From Shewanella sp. VB17 (lineage in GTDB: Bacteria; Pseudomonadota; Gammaproteobacteria; Enterobacterales; Shewanellaceae), in the NCBI RefSeq assembly GCF_013248905.1, contig NZ_JABRVS010000001.1, forward strand, positions 2,927,273 through 2,959,272: 32,000 nucleotides of DNA, given 5' to 3'. The notes under the pieces are model-generated. The model saw only the letters and a program-made list of their open reading frames with translations, did no database searches and was not told the origin of the DNA. Both the position numbers and the translations under genes were made by a program. This document shows, piece after piece, positions 1 to 9,623 of the stretch; position 1 is the first letter of the stretch, and the number at the start of each line of letters is the position of its first letter.

Positions 1-96
1 AAAACGTCCTCATTTTGATTGATTTTCGTTGGAAAAAGTTCTATTTATATTATGTGAAGCTATTGCTTCTTTGTATTTAAAGCAGAGGATTTTTGC

Positions 97-273
97 ATGA
101 AAAGACAAAAAAGAGATCGTTTAGATAGAGCTTTTTCAAATGGATTTCAAGCAGGGGTTGGCGGTCGCTCAAAGGAAAACTGCCCTTATTCTACACTTGA
201 GCCAAAGTCACAATGGTTAGGAGGCTGGAGAGAGGGAGTCGACGGTCGACTGAGTGGAGCTTTCAATAAATAA
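97..273 (+). CDS. rmf: ribosome modulation factor
   Basis: 58-codon ORF below the track cutoff, translated by hand: MKRQKRDRLDRAFSNGFQAGVGGRSKENCPYSTLEPKSQWLGGWREGVDGRLSGAFNK. The N-terminus and SQWLGGWRE block match E. coli RMF. GAGGA RBS upstream. Conserved rmf-fabA neighbourhood. Confidence 0.85.
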   Translation: MKRQKRDRLDRAFSNGFQAGVGGRSKENCPYSTLEPKSQWLGGWREGVDGRLSGAFNK

Positions 274-287
274 CATTGAGTCATTTT

Positions 288-333
288 TGCCCTCACATTC
301 ACTGTATAGAGTAGAATTATGAGGGCATTTTTA
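288..333. terminator. hairpin between convergent rmf and fabA
   Basis: TGCCCTCA (288-295) pairs with TGAGGGCA (320-327) and is followed by TTTTTA. The loop is long (24 nt), so confidence is only moderate. Confidence 0.4.
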
Positions 334-350
334 TGCCTTAATATGCCAAC

Positions 351-866
351 TTAGAAAGTTGATGTATCTTTGAATATTCCCACTTTCAGATCTTTTGCGC
401 TATATATCTCACGGCCATCGACTTCCATAACGGCATCAGCAATACCCATGACTAACTTTCGGTAAACTTTACGTTTAATCGTGAGCTTGTAAGTTACTTT
501 CTTAGCGTCAGGTAATACTTGACCGGTAAATTTAACTTCACCGACGCCTAATGCACGTCCTTTACCTTCCGCACCTTCCCAACCTAAGAAAAATCCGACA
601 AGTTGCCATAGTGCATCTAAGCCAAGACAACCTGGCATGACGGGATCCGATTGAAAGTGACATTTAAAAAACCAAAGTTCGGGATTGATGTCGAGCTCAG
701 CAACTATTTCACCTTTACCAAACTCTCCGCCATCCGCGTTGATATTAATAATACGATCTATCATCAACATGTTATCTAGGGGAAGTGGTGGCGAGTTTTT
801 ATTGAATAACTCTCCTTTACCACAGGCGATAAGGTCTTCTTTATTGAAATTATTTGCTTTACTCAT
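351..866 (-). CDS. fabA: 3-hydroxydecanoyl-ACP dehydratase/isomerase
   Basis: 171 aa, collinear with E. coli FabA ([51 protein letters not shown]). Confidence 0.95.
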   Translation of the reverse strand: MSKANNFNKEDLIACGKGELFNKNSPPLPLDNMLMIDRIININADGGEFGKGEIVAELDINPELWFFKCHFQSDPVMPGCLGLDALWQLVGFFLGWEGAEGKGRALGVGEVKFTGQVLPDAKKVTYKLTIKRKVYRKLVMGIADAVMEVDGREIYSAKDLKVGIFKDTSTF

Positions 867-933
867 TATTTATACCACTTCAGCAATTTGAGACATCAAG
901 ATTAGCGAACACGTGTACGCTAAACAACTCCGA

Positions 934-2667
934 TCAGCTATAAAACTTCATTTTTTCAAACAATTTAGCCAAAAAACCCCTTTCTTCATCTTCATAGCCA
1001 GCTAAACGCGCTAATCTATCTTGCACTAGACCGTATAAAGAATCATCTGGGAAATCATTATTTTCATCAGGTACGCCAGCTTTCAAGTGCATCAAAAGTT
1101 CGACAGCTTCATCAATATGTTCAATGCCGTAAAGGTGAAATTGTCCAGCATTCACTGCGTCGATAATATTGATGTCTAAATTGAGTTGTTGTATGTTTGA
1201 TTTGGGGATGATCACCCCTTGTTTTCCTGTGAGACCACGTCGGGCACAGAGTTGATAAAAGCCTTCAATTTTTTCATTGACTCCACCTATGGCTTGAACA
1301 TGGCCTAATTGGTCTAATGCGCCAGTAACAGCAATAGCTTGGTCGATGGGTTTCTCAGTGATGGCAGACATTAAACTGCAGTACTGAGCCAATGAGGCAC
1401 TGTCTCCATCTGTCTCTTGATAAGATTGTTCAAACACGATATTGGCATTGAGGTGAAGTGGGGCATCTTTACCAAAAATGCGATACAGACAAGAAGACAA
1501 AATCATCATGCCTTTAGCATGAATATTACCTGCCAACTCAGACTTACGTTCAATATCGGTTACTTCACCATCACCATAATGAACCGATGCGGTGATCCTT
1601 GTCGGCTCACCGTAACAATAATCGACGCTACTGACGACGGATAAACCATTTATCTGGCCAACCATCAATCCCTCGGTTGGTAGGCTAATGGATTTATCAT
1701 CAAAATCTTGTGCAGCAAACATTTCAGATGCATTATGTCTTTTCTGGTATTGGGTTAATGCATATTGAAAGTTTGTGGCTGATACTCGTTCTGACGTACT
1801 GTAGGTATTGGCTTGAGCCAAGAGTTGACCTATGTGGTTTGACAATAAAGACAATCGGAGTTGATGATCTGCAAGCCTAGCACAATAAAGAAATAGGGGG
1901 GCCAATATTGATTGTTCAAGTTGCACGTTCACGCTTGCAGCAACGGCCATTAACCAAGTTGCATAGGCTGATTCAGGTGTGTGGGCTAAATCCAGTTCAT
2001 TTACCATCTCGCCTAAAATAGGAAAATGTTGCCCAAACCGTGTTTCCTCTCCCCAACAAACCTGATATTGACGCCCAGATCCGATAAGGATCACCTTGCA
2101 ATTAAGCGGTATCGCAGGAAGAGACGAGTGAACCTTGAATTCTCTTTTCGTCAATATATCAAACAAGAGCTCCCACAAACCGTCTCGTTTCCACAGTGAC
2201 TCAGCACAAATGAATAGATAATGACAATTAACTAAGGCGCCTGGAGTGTAATTAAGTGATGAGCTGCCTTGTGTATTATTAATGAATTGACCTACAAGGT
2301 CTGCACGCTTAATGTTACCACAAAGATATTGATAGTCTTGAACTTTACCTGCAAATCTCTCATTGTTGTTATTCACAGTAGACCAGCTAAGCATGTACTC
2401 ATTAGTGGGTCCTGCGATTTTACATAAAACCTGCTCAGGTTGATTGTCTTGACTAGAAATTAAGCTCTTGATGAATTCGGCTCTATCGATCCCAGCAAAA
2501 TCGACAAGAAACATATGTTGATTGGCAGTATGAGTCAGAAGTTCGAATGCATTTAGTACTCTTTCCTGTCCAAGTAGTAAGCTTTGATTTGTATGCGTAA
2601 GCTCGCCGAGTGTGGGGATCTTATGTTGTGGAGACAATGCAGAAACTGGAATGGCATTTGAATTCAT
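934..2667 (-). CDS. Lon-like protease family protein (YcbZ/LonH type)
   Basis: 577 aa with a C-terminal Lon proteolytic-domain-like region (GPSAG-type context DGDSASLA..., KIEGFY). It sits next to fabA, as ycbZ does in E. coli. Confidence 0.75.
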   Translation of the reverse strand: MNSNAIPVSALSPQHKIPTLGELTHTNQSLLLGQERVLNAFELLTHTANQHMFLVDFAGIDRAEFIKSLISSQDNQPEQVLCKIAGPTNEYMLSWSTVNNNNERFAGKVQDYQYLCGNIKRADLVGQFINNTQGSSSLNYTPGALVNCHYLFICAESLWKRDGLWELLFDILTKREFKVHSSLPAIPLNCKVILIGSGRQYQVCWGEETRFGQHFPILGEMVNELDLAHTPESAYATWLMAVAASVNVQLEQSILAPLFLYCARLADHQLRLSLLSNHIGQLLAQANTYSTSERVSATNFQYALTQYQKRHNASEMFAAQDFDDKSISLPTEGLMVGQINGLSVVSSVDYCYGEPTRITASVHYGDGEVTDIERKSELAGNIHAKGMMILSSCLYRIFGKDAPLHLNANIVFEQSYQETDGDSASLAQYCSLMSAITEKPIDQAIAVTGALDQLGHVQAIGGVNEKIEGFYQLCARRGLTGKQGVIIPKSNIQQLNLDINIIDAVNAGQFHLYGIEHIDEAVELLMHLKAGVPDENNDFPDDSLYGLVQDRLARLAGYEDEERGFLAKLFEKMKFYS

Positions 2668-2851
2668 ATTAGCAAGTGCTACTTAATAATAAATTGATTG
2701 ATAATATACAGATATTAGCACAGCTTGATTGGAGGCCATATTCAATTTGTCATTTAGGGACCTTAAAATAGGTGAGCTTGATTAAAGCTCCATTTATGGT
2801 GAATTAAAAATCATCAAACTGGCGCGGGTATTTTTTGCCCTCGCAAGGATA

Positions 2852-2933
2852 GCGAAGTCGTCAAATGCACCAGATCTGAAAACCGGCATAGGTTTATCGC
2901 CCATCTAGGGTTTAAATCCCTATCTCTTCGCCA
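2852..2933 (+). other. tRNA-like fragment (T-arm + 3' acceptor strand + GCCA), probably a decayed tRNA or att remnant
   Basis: TAGGG-TTTAAAT-CCCTA (2906-2922) forms a 5-bp stem with a 7-nt T-loop-like loop. It is followed by exactly 7 nt (TCTCTTC), then G and CCA (2930-2933). The expected 5' acceptor strand (GAAGTCG at 2854-2860) pairs at only 4-5 positions, and no convincing anticodon arm was found. Confidence 0.3.
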
Positions 2934-3461
2934 TATTACAACACTAAGTCTCTATTTTTGATAGCGATTTTTTTTGTATCAGTTTACCAGTTGGATCTTA
3001 TTGATGGCTAGATATCACTGAACCCTTGGCCATATTATAAAGCAAGAGCAATAGGTGCACCTGAGATAGCTAAATTGGTTAGCCTTCGAATGAAGCTTGA
3101 TTTCATTTTTACTCTTCTGGGGTAGATTTATTGGGTATTGGATGGTTTTTTAAGATCATACCTTCACTTTTATTTATCGCTTCCAGCGGGGTATGTGCAG
3201 ATACTTCTGTGGCTCGCTGCAAGTACGTCCTTGTGCTCGACGACAGCATCTGATGTGAATGGATTCACAAATGCCGTGATAACAGGGATGTTATAGAACG
3301 GCCTTGCCATCAACGGCCACTGCCGCATACACCCGTTATTTCAAGCAAACGATCTCTTCGATTTGGCTTTATCTGTGATTTATCTAGCAGAACGCTTAAG
3401 ACTCCCCATCAGTATTACAGACATATTCTAACCACGAGAATATGTTAAAGGTATTGCTGCC

Positions 3462-3756
3462 ATGCATAAACTATCAGAAATATCTCGATATACACCGGAC
3501 AAGCTTTCTAAGCATTTCGATTGTCAACACAACTGGCTCCTATCTGAATTTGTCAGTTCGGCAACAGCACAATTCATTGATGAAATATCATCGGAACTAA
3601 CTGGGCACGAGTTTATGCTTCCGAGTAGAAATTAAGGTGTTAACAAGGCCACCAGAAAAGAAATTATCAAGACTATCCAAGATAGTGGATTGTTTTTGTT
3701 CTGCTCAACATTTTAGGAAACATATTAATTATCCCTTTCGTTTCGTGCTAATTTAG
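3462..3756 (+). pseudogene. remnant of AraC/XylS-family regulator C-terminal HTH domain, split by a frameshift
   Basis: Hand translation. Frame A (3462-3635): MHKLSEISRYTPDKLSKHFDCQHNWLLSEFV... (AraC HTH1-like S/TPxxLSxxF pattern). Frame B (3637-3756): ...LSRLSKIVDCFCSAQHFRKHINYPFRF (HTH2-like GFxSxSxFxRxF pattern, truncated). The upstream 2940-3460 has no intact ORF. Confidence 0.45.
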
Positions 3757-3799
3757 TTATGATAACGTTTAATTAAGCTGTAAGAAGTGAGAGGGTAAT

Positions 3800-4617
3800 G
3801 TGCTTGTTGAAAAGTGGCTAGACATCGATGCTGATAAGCTTTATTGCTTGTCTACTGATATTGATGAGTCTCAAGAAACGTTAGTGCTAATTCATGGGCT
3901 GGGCGAATCGCATCTCTGTTTTGCGGACGCATTGGATTGGCTGCCGAATTACAACCTGATAATGTTTGATTTATGTGGTTATGGTTATTCTCCTGCTTCA
4001 GTGATATCCCACTCAACAGAAACTCAAGCAAAACGTATATTAACAGCTCTTGAGCAATTAAACATACACAAATGCTTTCTCTTATGGCACTCTTGGGGGG
4101 CGATACATCGACCTTAGTTTGTCAATACGATACGAAAGGTATAGTGCGTGGTTTGCTTAATGCTGAAGGTGGATTGCATGAAGAAAATATCATTTTATCT
4201 CAGATTATTGCCGAAAAATATTCAGAATTAAGTTGTGACGAGTTTTCAGAATGGATCAAAGGTGACGGTTTTTCAACTCGTTTTGCTATGTCTTGGAGCC
4301 ACGGAGCCGGTATCAAATACCTGTCGTCAGTTAGACGGTGTGAGCCCACAGTTCTTGGTCAGACTGCTAGTGAAATCTATGCCCAACATGCGACTCAAGA
4401 TATGCGCGGTGTTATCGGTTGGGGGAAAATATATGAAAACTTGTCTATCCCTAAAGTTTACTTCTGGGGGACGCAAAGTCTAAGAGGGTGTGATCGTGCG
4501 ATGGCATTTATTGCTACGTTAAATAATGTTTCGTTTGAGGGGGCAAACCACTGGGTACAACATAACCCTGCTACGTTTTACTCAGAAGTTGATAAATTTA
4601 TTACTAACATTTATTAA
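3800..4617 (+). pseudogene. alpha/beta-fold hydrolase interrupted by a frameshift in a G6 run
   Basis: ORFs 3800-4117 and 4072-4617 are two halves of one protein (HGLGES oxyanion region, nucleophile elbow HSWGG). The frame changes inside GGGGGG at 4095-4100; seven Gs would restore ...WHSWGGDTSTLVCQ... GTG start with GAGAGGG RBS. Confidence 0.7.
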
Positions 4618-4730
4618 TGGGACTGGTTGAGACTCACCATTGAAATTGATTCGCTCAAGCATACCATACAATGAAGGATAATCTGCTTCAACAGCGGCGT
4701 TAGGTCGCTTTCCCATTGTTCGTTTCAGCT

Positions 4731-4764
4731 TAAGACCCCCTTGCAATAATGCAAGGGGGTCTTA
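4731..4764 (+). terminator. rho-independent terminator-like hairpin
   Basis: 15-bp perfect stem TAAGACCCCCTTGCA / TGCAAGGGGGTCTTA with a 4-nt loop, followed by the T-rich TTGATTTT. Confidence 0.6.
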
Positions 4765-4800
4765 TTGATTTTACTTAATGTCTTAATTGAACTTCATTAT

Positions 4801-7800
4801 TTACGCAATTAATTCAACTTCTTTGCCATTAGTGTCCTTATTTAATTGCGCTGGAACACGAGGTTTACTGCCGATGAGCTTCTTTATATCTTCAATTGCT
4901 AAGTATAAACAAGGCATCAGTATTAAGGTGACCACGGTTGCAAACAGCACACCGAAGGCGAGGGAGGTCGCCATAGGGATCACCATTTTGGCTTGCATAC
5001 TGGTCTCTGTCATGATTGGCATTAAGCCGATGAAAGTGGTGAGTGATGTCAACATAATGGCTCTAAAGCGTCGACACCCCGCTTCAATCACTGCTGTTTT
5101 CATTACGATCCCCGCTTCCCTTGATTTGTTAATATGATCCACCATCACCAGAGAGTCATTGATGACGACTCCGGCTGCTGCGATGATGCCAAAGAGTGAC
5201 AATGCGCTGAGATCTATTCCCATGATCATATGACCCATAACAGAGCCTATAATACCAAATGGGATCACTGCCATGATCATCATAGGTTGAGAGTAAGATT
5301 TAAGCGGTATGGCCAACAAACTGTATATGATCAATAAGGAGATAATAAAGTCTCTTAATTGTGTCTTCGTGCTGTCAATTTGTTCTTGGATATTACCCGA
5401 CACTTCACTTTTTACTTTAGGATAGAGTGTTAATAATTGCGGTATAAAGTCATCGCGAATATCTTGAGCGAGTTTGAATGGCTCCGCTTGGGCGGCATCG
5501 ACAGAGGCCCAGACATTGATGGTGCGATTGCCATTTTCACGGCGAATATAACTGACTCCTTGTGTGACAGTGACATTGACGACGTCAGACAGAGGAACTT
5601 CAACGCCTTGGGGCGTGACTATCAATACATCAGAGACCTGAGCGATGGAGTTTCGTTGTGATTCTGGGTATCTGAGCATGACTTTTATTTCAGTCCCGTT
5701 ACGCAAAATTCTTTGTGCTTCAAGACCATAGAAGCTATTACTGACCTGAGAGGCAATATCAGCTAATGTAAGTCCTAAACCATAGGCTTGCGGTTTGAGT
5801 TGAAATTGTAATTCCTTCACACTAGATTGGCGGCTGTCGTTGATATCACTAACGCCTTTGAAGGTATTTAGCTTGTTTTTTAACGCGAGGGACGCAGCAA
5901 GTAATTGCGCTTCGTTCTTGCTTTCCAAGCGGAAGCTAATATCGCCATCATCACGCCCCCCGTCGAAGAGATTATCTTGAATTTCAAATGATTTTATTCC
6001 TGGGATCTGTGGTATAGCCTGACGCCAAAGTTCAGCTAATTGAAAAGTGTTCAGAGGTCTTATCTCTGGATCCACCAGTTTAGTCATGACTTTCGCTGAG
6101 GTGCGGCCTCCAAGTTCGACTTGCATGTCAGAGACCATGGCCTGATCATATTGCTCTTCAAGTTGTTTATCGACATCATAAATCGCTCTTTTGATCGCTA
6201 ATGCCGCCGTTAACGTGGCTTTTTCTGAGGCGTCGACATTCATCTCTATTTCGATTTGTGGGAAGTCATGGGGGATCTTGGGTTGACCGATAAAGCGAAC
6301 GAGACCACCTGCATAAAGGCCTGCACAGATAAGCATAAAACTGATAAAGACCATGATGGTGGTATAATGATATTTAACTGCTTTTTTGAGGGCAGGGCGA
6401 TAGACAGAGTTAATAAACAGGTGCAGAGTACGATCGACTCTATCTTGGATAGCATTGATAATATTTCTGAGCCAATCTAATGGGTTCTTTGAGCCTGGTT
6501 TGACGATGGTTTTTTGTTTCATTCTTGCTAAGTGGGCAGGCAAAATCAGCTTTGACTCTACCAATGAAAAAATAAGGCATAAAATAACGACAGTGCCTAT
6601 TGCTTTACCAAAAGCTGAGGTGGGTCCATCACTAAGGGTTAAAGGTGTAAAAGCGGCGATAGTGGTTAATACACCAAACGTGGCTGGTATAGCAACTTTC
6701 TTTACCCCGCGTATGACATTGTCTAAACTCTGACCATTTTTGTCACATTCATCATAGGCACTCTCTCCCATGACAATGGCGTCATCGACCACAATACCAA
6801 GGACCAATATAAAGGCAAACAGACTGATCACATTGACGGTGACATCTAACATGGGCATCGGCATCAATAGCAAGGCACCGAGGAAGCAAACTGGTAATCC
6901 CATCATGACCCAAAATGCTAATCGCACACGTAGGAAAAGTGCCAACATGATAAAGACTAAAATAGCCCCACTTTTCATGCTATCTAGCATGAGATCTAAC
7001 CGACCTTCGAGGTAATAGGACATATCTACCCAGGTTTCAAGTTTCAACCCTTCAGGTAAGATGTTCTGTTTTTTGGCAACGTACTTTTTCACGATATCAG
7101 CGACATCAGTCATGCTTTGATCGTTTGCAGCCCCGACAAAAAAAGTCACTGAGTTTTTGCCATTGAACTTAGAGTATTGAATGCCTTCCTCGAATCCATC
7201 AATGACAGTCGCAATATCTCCCAATAAGACATTGGTACCATCTTTTAAGGTAATTAACGGTAAATTTTCAAATTCATATCCGACATACGCTTGATTTTGG
7301 ACTCGCAAATTGATGTAACCCGTTTCTGCACGTATTTGTCCTGCAGACATGTTGCGTGAAAAGCCTTGTACCGCTTTAGCGACGTCGTTAAAATTCAGGC
7401 CAAATTCACGTAATTTATCTTTACTCACTTCAATGGCAATTTCATAATCCAGACCGCCATAGAAGTCTGTAATATTCACTGAAGGTAATTGCATCAACTC
7501 ATCGTGAATATTTTCGCCTAATTCTTTGAGCTGTCGGTGCGTTATATCACCATATAAGCTTATGTATAGCACTTCTTGTCGCAACTTAATACGCTCAACC
7601 TTAGGCAGCTCCATACCGTCTGGAAAGCTAGAAATGGAATCGATTTCAGATTTTATTTCATCCAGTACAACTTGTGGATCGTAGGAGTCTTCTATTCGAA
7701 AATACCCTGATGCTTGGCCTCGATTTGAATAAGTTATCACACGTTTAAGGCCTTGAACGCTTTCTAATGCTTCTTCAATTTTAATGGTGATCCCTTCTTC

Positions 7801-8034
7801 AACTTCTTGAGGAGCTGCACCAGGGTAGGAAGCATTAAATTCAATCCAGTTAATATCCACTTGTGGGAAAAACTGCTTTCGGATGGTATTTGCGGTTAGT
7901 AAGCCCCCTACAATGATAATGATCATTAATAAATTAGCGGCAACGCTATTACGAGCAAACCAAGCGATGATGCCGCTATTGACGTCGTCATGGGATAATG
8001 TTGATGATGAGTGGGGATTGATAGACTCAGACAT
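4801..8034 (-). CDS. RND efflux transporter permease (AcrB/AcrD/AcrF family)
   Basis: 1077 aa with a 12-TM RND layout and two large periplasmic loops. Typical motifs (VVDDAIVMGE, INDSLVMVD). Immediately downstream of an adaptor gene. Confidence 0.9.
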   Translation of the reverse strand: MSESINPHSSSTLSHDDVNSGIIAWFARNSVAANLLMIIIIVGGLLTANTIRKQFFPQVDINWIEFNASYPGAAPQEVEEGITIKIEEALESVQGLKRVITYSNRGQASGYFRIEDSYDPQVVLDEIKSEIDSISSFPDGMELPKVERIKLRQEVLYISLYGDITHRQLKELGENIHDELMQLPSVNITDFYGGLDYEIAIEVSKDKLREFGLNFNDVAKAVQGFSRNMSAGQIRAETGYINLRVQNQAYVGYEFENLPLITLKDGTNVLLGDIATVIDGFEEGIQYSKFNGKNSVTFFVGAANDQSMTDVADIVKKYVAKKQNILPEGLKLETWVDMSYYLEGRLDLMLDSMKSGAILVFIMLALFLRVRLAFWVMMGLPVCFLGALLLMPMPMLDVTVNVISLFAFILVLGIVVDDAIVMGESAYDECDKNGQSLDNVIRGVKKVAIPATFGVLTTIAAFTPLTLSDGPTSAFGKAIGTVVILCLIFSLVESKLILPAHLARMKQKTIVKPGSKNPLDWLRNIINAIQDRVDRTLHLFINSVYRPALKKAVKYHYTTIMVFISFMLICAGLYAGGLVRFIGQPKIPHDFPQIEIEMNVDASEKATLTAALAIKRAIYDVDKQLEEQYDQAMVSDMQVELGGRTSAKVMTKLVDPEIRPLNTFQLAELWRQAIPQIPGIKSFEIQDNLFDGGRDDGDISFRLESKNEAQLLAASLALKNKLNTFKGVSDINDSRQSSVKELQFQLKPQAYGLGLTLADIASQVSNSFYGLEAQRILRNGTEIKVMLRYPESQRNSIAQVSDVLIVTPQGVEVPLSDVVNVTVTQGVSYIRRENGNRTINVWASVDAAQAEPFKLAQDIRDDFIPQLLTLYPKVKSEVSGNIQEQIDSTKTQLRDFIISLLIIYSLLAIPLKSYSQPMMIMAVIPFGIIGSVMGHMIMGIDLSALSLFGIIAAAGVVINDSLVMVDHINKSREAGIVMKTAVIEAGCRRFRAIMLTSLTTFIGLMPIMTETSMQAKMVIPMATSLAFGVLFATVVTLILMPCLYLAIEDIKKLIGSKPRVPAQLNKDTNGKEVELIA

Positions 8035-8037
8035 GGC

Positions 8038-9234
8038 TTATTCCTTCTCTTCCATTGCAAGTTGAGTCTCTTTTTCTTCTGAGCCATCTTGCTGCAATAT
8101 TGTCTCATTAGGAAGCGCCAGCTGCATGCCTTCGATAGGGTAATCTAATGCAGATGTGATGATATTCATTCCCTGCTCTAATCCCGCTGAAATGACAACA
8201 TTTGCACCAGATTGACGGATCACTGTGACTGGTTTATACCTGAGTTTATTCTCTTTATCTAATACTGCAATTTTCCCATCTACGATGAGATGCCTTGGCA
8301 ACACGGTGACTTCCCCGGCGTTATTACCGGTGATTTTGGCTGTCACGTAGGTACCATACCTTAACTCATTATTATTATCTTTAAGGCCATATGGGTCTGC
8401 GACTTCAGCCACTAGATAAGTCATACGACTGGTACTGTCAATGACTCCCTCGCTGCGAACAATACGGCCTGGCCACTGTTGATTTTTACCCCCCACAGTG
8501 GCACTCATTTCGACCATTGCCCCTTTTCCTTTATGGGTGAGGTATCGAAGTTCTTTATCGGCTAAGGGGAGCCGTATCTCTGCTTGTGCTGTGCTTAACA
8601 CTTTGCCTACAGCACTGCCTTGACTGACATAAGAGCCTAACCCAACGTCTCTACTGCCAATCAATGCGTCGTAAGGCGCCCTAATGATGGTTCGCTCAAC
8701 GTTGCGTAGCGCTCGTTTTAACCCCGCTTCAGATGAATTGAGTTTTGCGATTTCATGGGCAAGTTGTGGTTTACGTAAACTCAGTTCGGTGGGTAAGCCA
8801 TCTTTAATGTTTTTCCATTCTTCCTCAGCGACTTTTCCTTGAGCGCGTTCTTGAACTAACGCCGCCTTGGCTGAGGCTAAGTTTGCTTTTGCATCAATGA
8901 GATCAGCGTCATAGTCACTGGGGTCTATTCTAGCAATGATATCCCCTTTACTGACAAACCCGCCTGAGACAAAGTTGTTAGATAAAAATATGATCTCGCC
9001 ATTGACTTGAGCGACGAGTTCAGTTTCATATTTAGGCTTGACTATTCCGTATGATCCGACCGAAAAAGTCATAGGTGCCATTTCAACTGGCTTGATAGCC
9101 ACTAAAGGAGTGTTATCTATCTGGGGTTTTTCTTCTAATGGTTTTTTTAGTGCGGATATGGCTAAAAAACCACCAGCACCGATTAGTAATACAACTATAG
9201 GGAGTATTATTTGTTTTTTGGTCGCCACGTACAC
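8038..9234 (-). CDS. RND efflux periplasmic adaptor (membrane fusion protein, HlyD/AcrA family)
   Basis: 398 aa with an N-terminal TM anchor and coiled-coil/lipoyl/beta-barrel type sequence. The stop lies 3 nt from the RND permease start. Confidence 0.85.
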   Translation of the reverse strand: MYVATKKQIILPIVVLLIGAGGFLAISALKKPLEEKPQIDNTPLVAIKPVEMAPMTFSVGSYGIVKPKYETELVAQVNGEIIFLSNNFVSGGFVSKGDIIARIDPSDYDADLIDAKANLASAKAALVQERAQGKVAEEEWKNIKDGLPTELSLRKPQLAHEIAKLNSSEAGLKRALRNVERTIIRAPYDALIGSRDVGLGSYVSQGSAVGKVLSTAQAEIRLPLADKELRYLTHKGKGAMVEMSATVGGKNQQWPGRIVRSEGVIDSTSRMTYLVAEVADPYGLKDNNNELRYGTYVTAKITGNNAGEVTVLPRHLIVDGKIAVLDKENKLRYKPVTVIRQSGANVVISAGLEQGMNIITSALDYPIEGMQLALPNETILQQDGSEEKETQLAMEEKE

Positions 9235-9578
9235 ATCCTCTTACTTAAGTCTATGTTGTTTTTATTCAATAGCTTAAGTCTATTTATTTGTTTTTATTTA
9301 GTGAAAGTTCCTTTTATCATAGAGTATGTTAATTCAAACGCGCCAATGTTACACATCCATTATGTAAATATGTATGTCGTTTGCATGATAAGTAAGCATT
9401 AATATCGATGAGTGATAAAGATAAGTGAGGTGATTAATATCAGTGATAATAAATAACAGTTTATTCAGTGTGATTAGGCATGATTTAGGCTGAGGGCGGG
9501 GGATGATATCCAGTCATATCATGTTGAACTTTGCCACAAAAAAGAAGTGAAATTTGTGGGATTGTCAGTTAAGAGATA

Positions 9579-9609
9579 AAAATCAGTCACTAAAATAGTG
9601 ACTGATTTT
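9579..9609. terminator. hairpin downstream of gap
   Basis: AAAATCAGTCAC (9579-9590) pairs with GTGACTGATTTT (9598-9609); 7-nt loop. Confidence 0.5.
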
Positions 9610-9623
9610 GTTGAGTTAGTTCA

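Noticed and set aside
685-891. Antisense or overlapping short ORFs inside larger genes (e.g. 685-891, 1417-1644, 4787-5137, 5437-5661, 6246-7015 set, 9769-10056, 16035-16313, 18296-18520, 19514-19741, 23710-23922, 24258-24686, 25705-26059, 27112-27303, 29464-29775, 30773-30955)
   Set aside because: They are shadow ORFs opposite or out of frame with strongly supported genes. They have no RBS and no recognisable domains.
3186-3336. GC-richer segment with long-range pairing (GCGGGGTATGTGCAG with CTGCCGCATACACCCGT), internal hairpin TGTGAA-TGGA-TTCACA and a GCCACTGCC motif; considered as a structured ncRNA or cobalamin riboswitch
   Set aside because: The order of motifs does not fit the cobalamin riboswitch consensus (no B12 box, and GGGAA/GGTG..TCC are in the wrong order). 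The region sits where the N-terminal part of the decayed AraC-type gene should be, so leftover coding sequence is the simpler explanation. A covariance-model scan (Rfam) would settle it.
4072-4617. Separate 181-aa gene starting at ATG 4072
   Set aside because: The start is an artefact of the frameshift. The sequence continues the alpha/beta hydrolase fold begun at 3800, and the join lies in the G6 run.
6390-6397. KOPS octamer GGGCAGGG on the plus strand left of the putative dif, oriented toward 21558
   Set aside because: The orientation agrees with a terminus at about 21.5 kb, but I found only a single occurrence, so it has no statistical weight. Genome-scale KOPS skew is needed.
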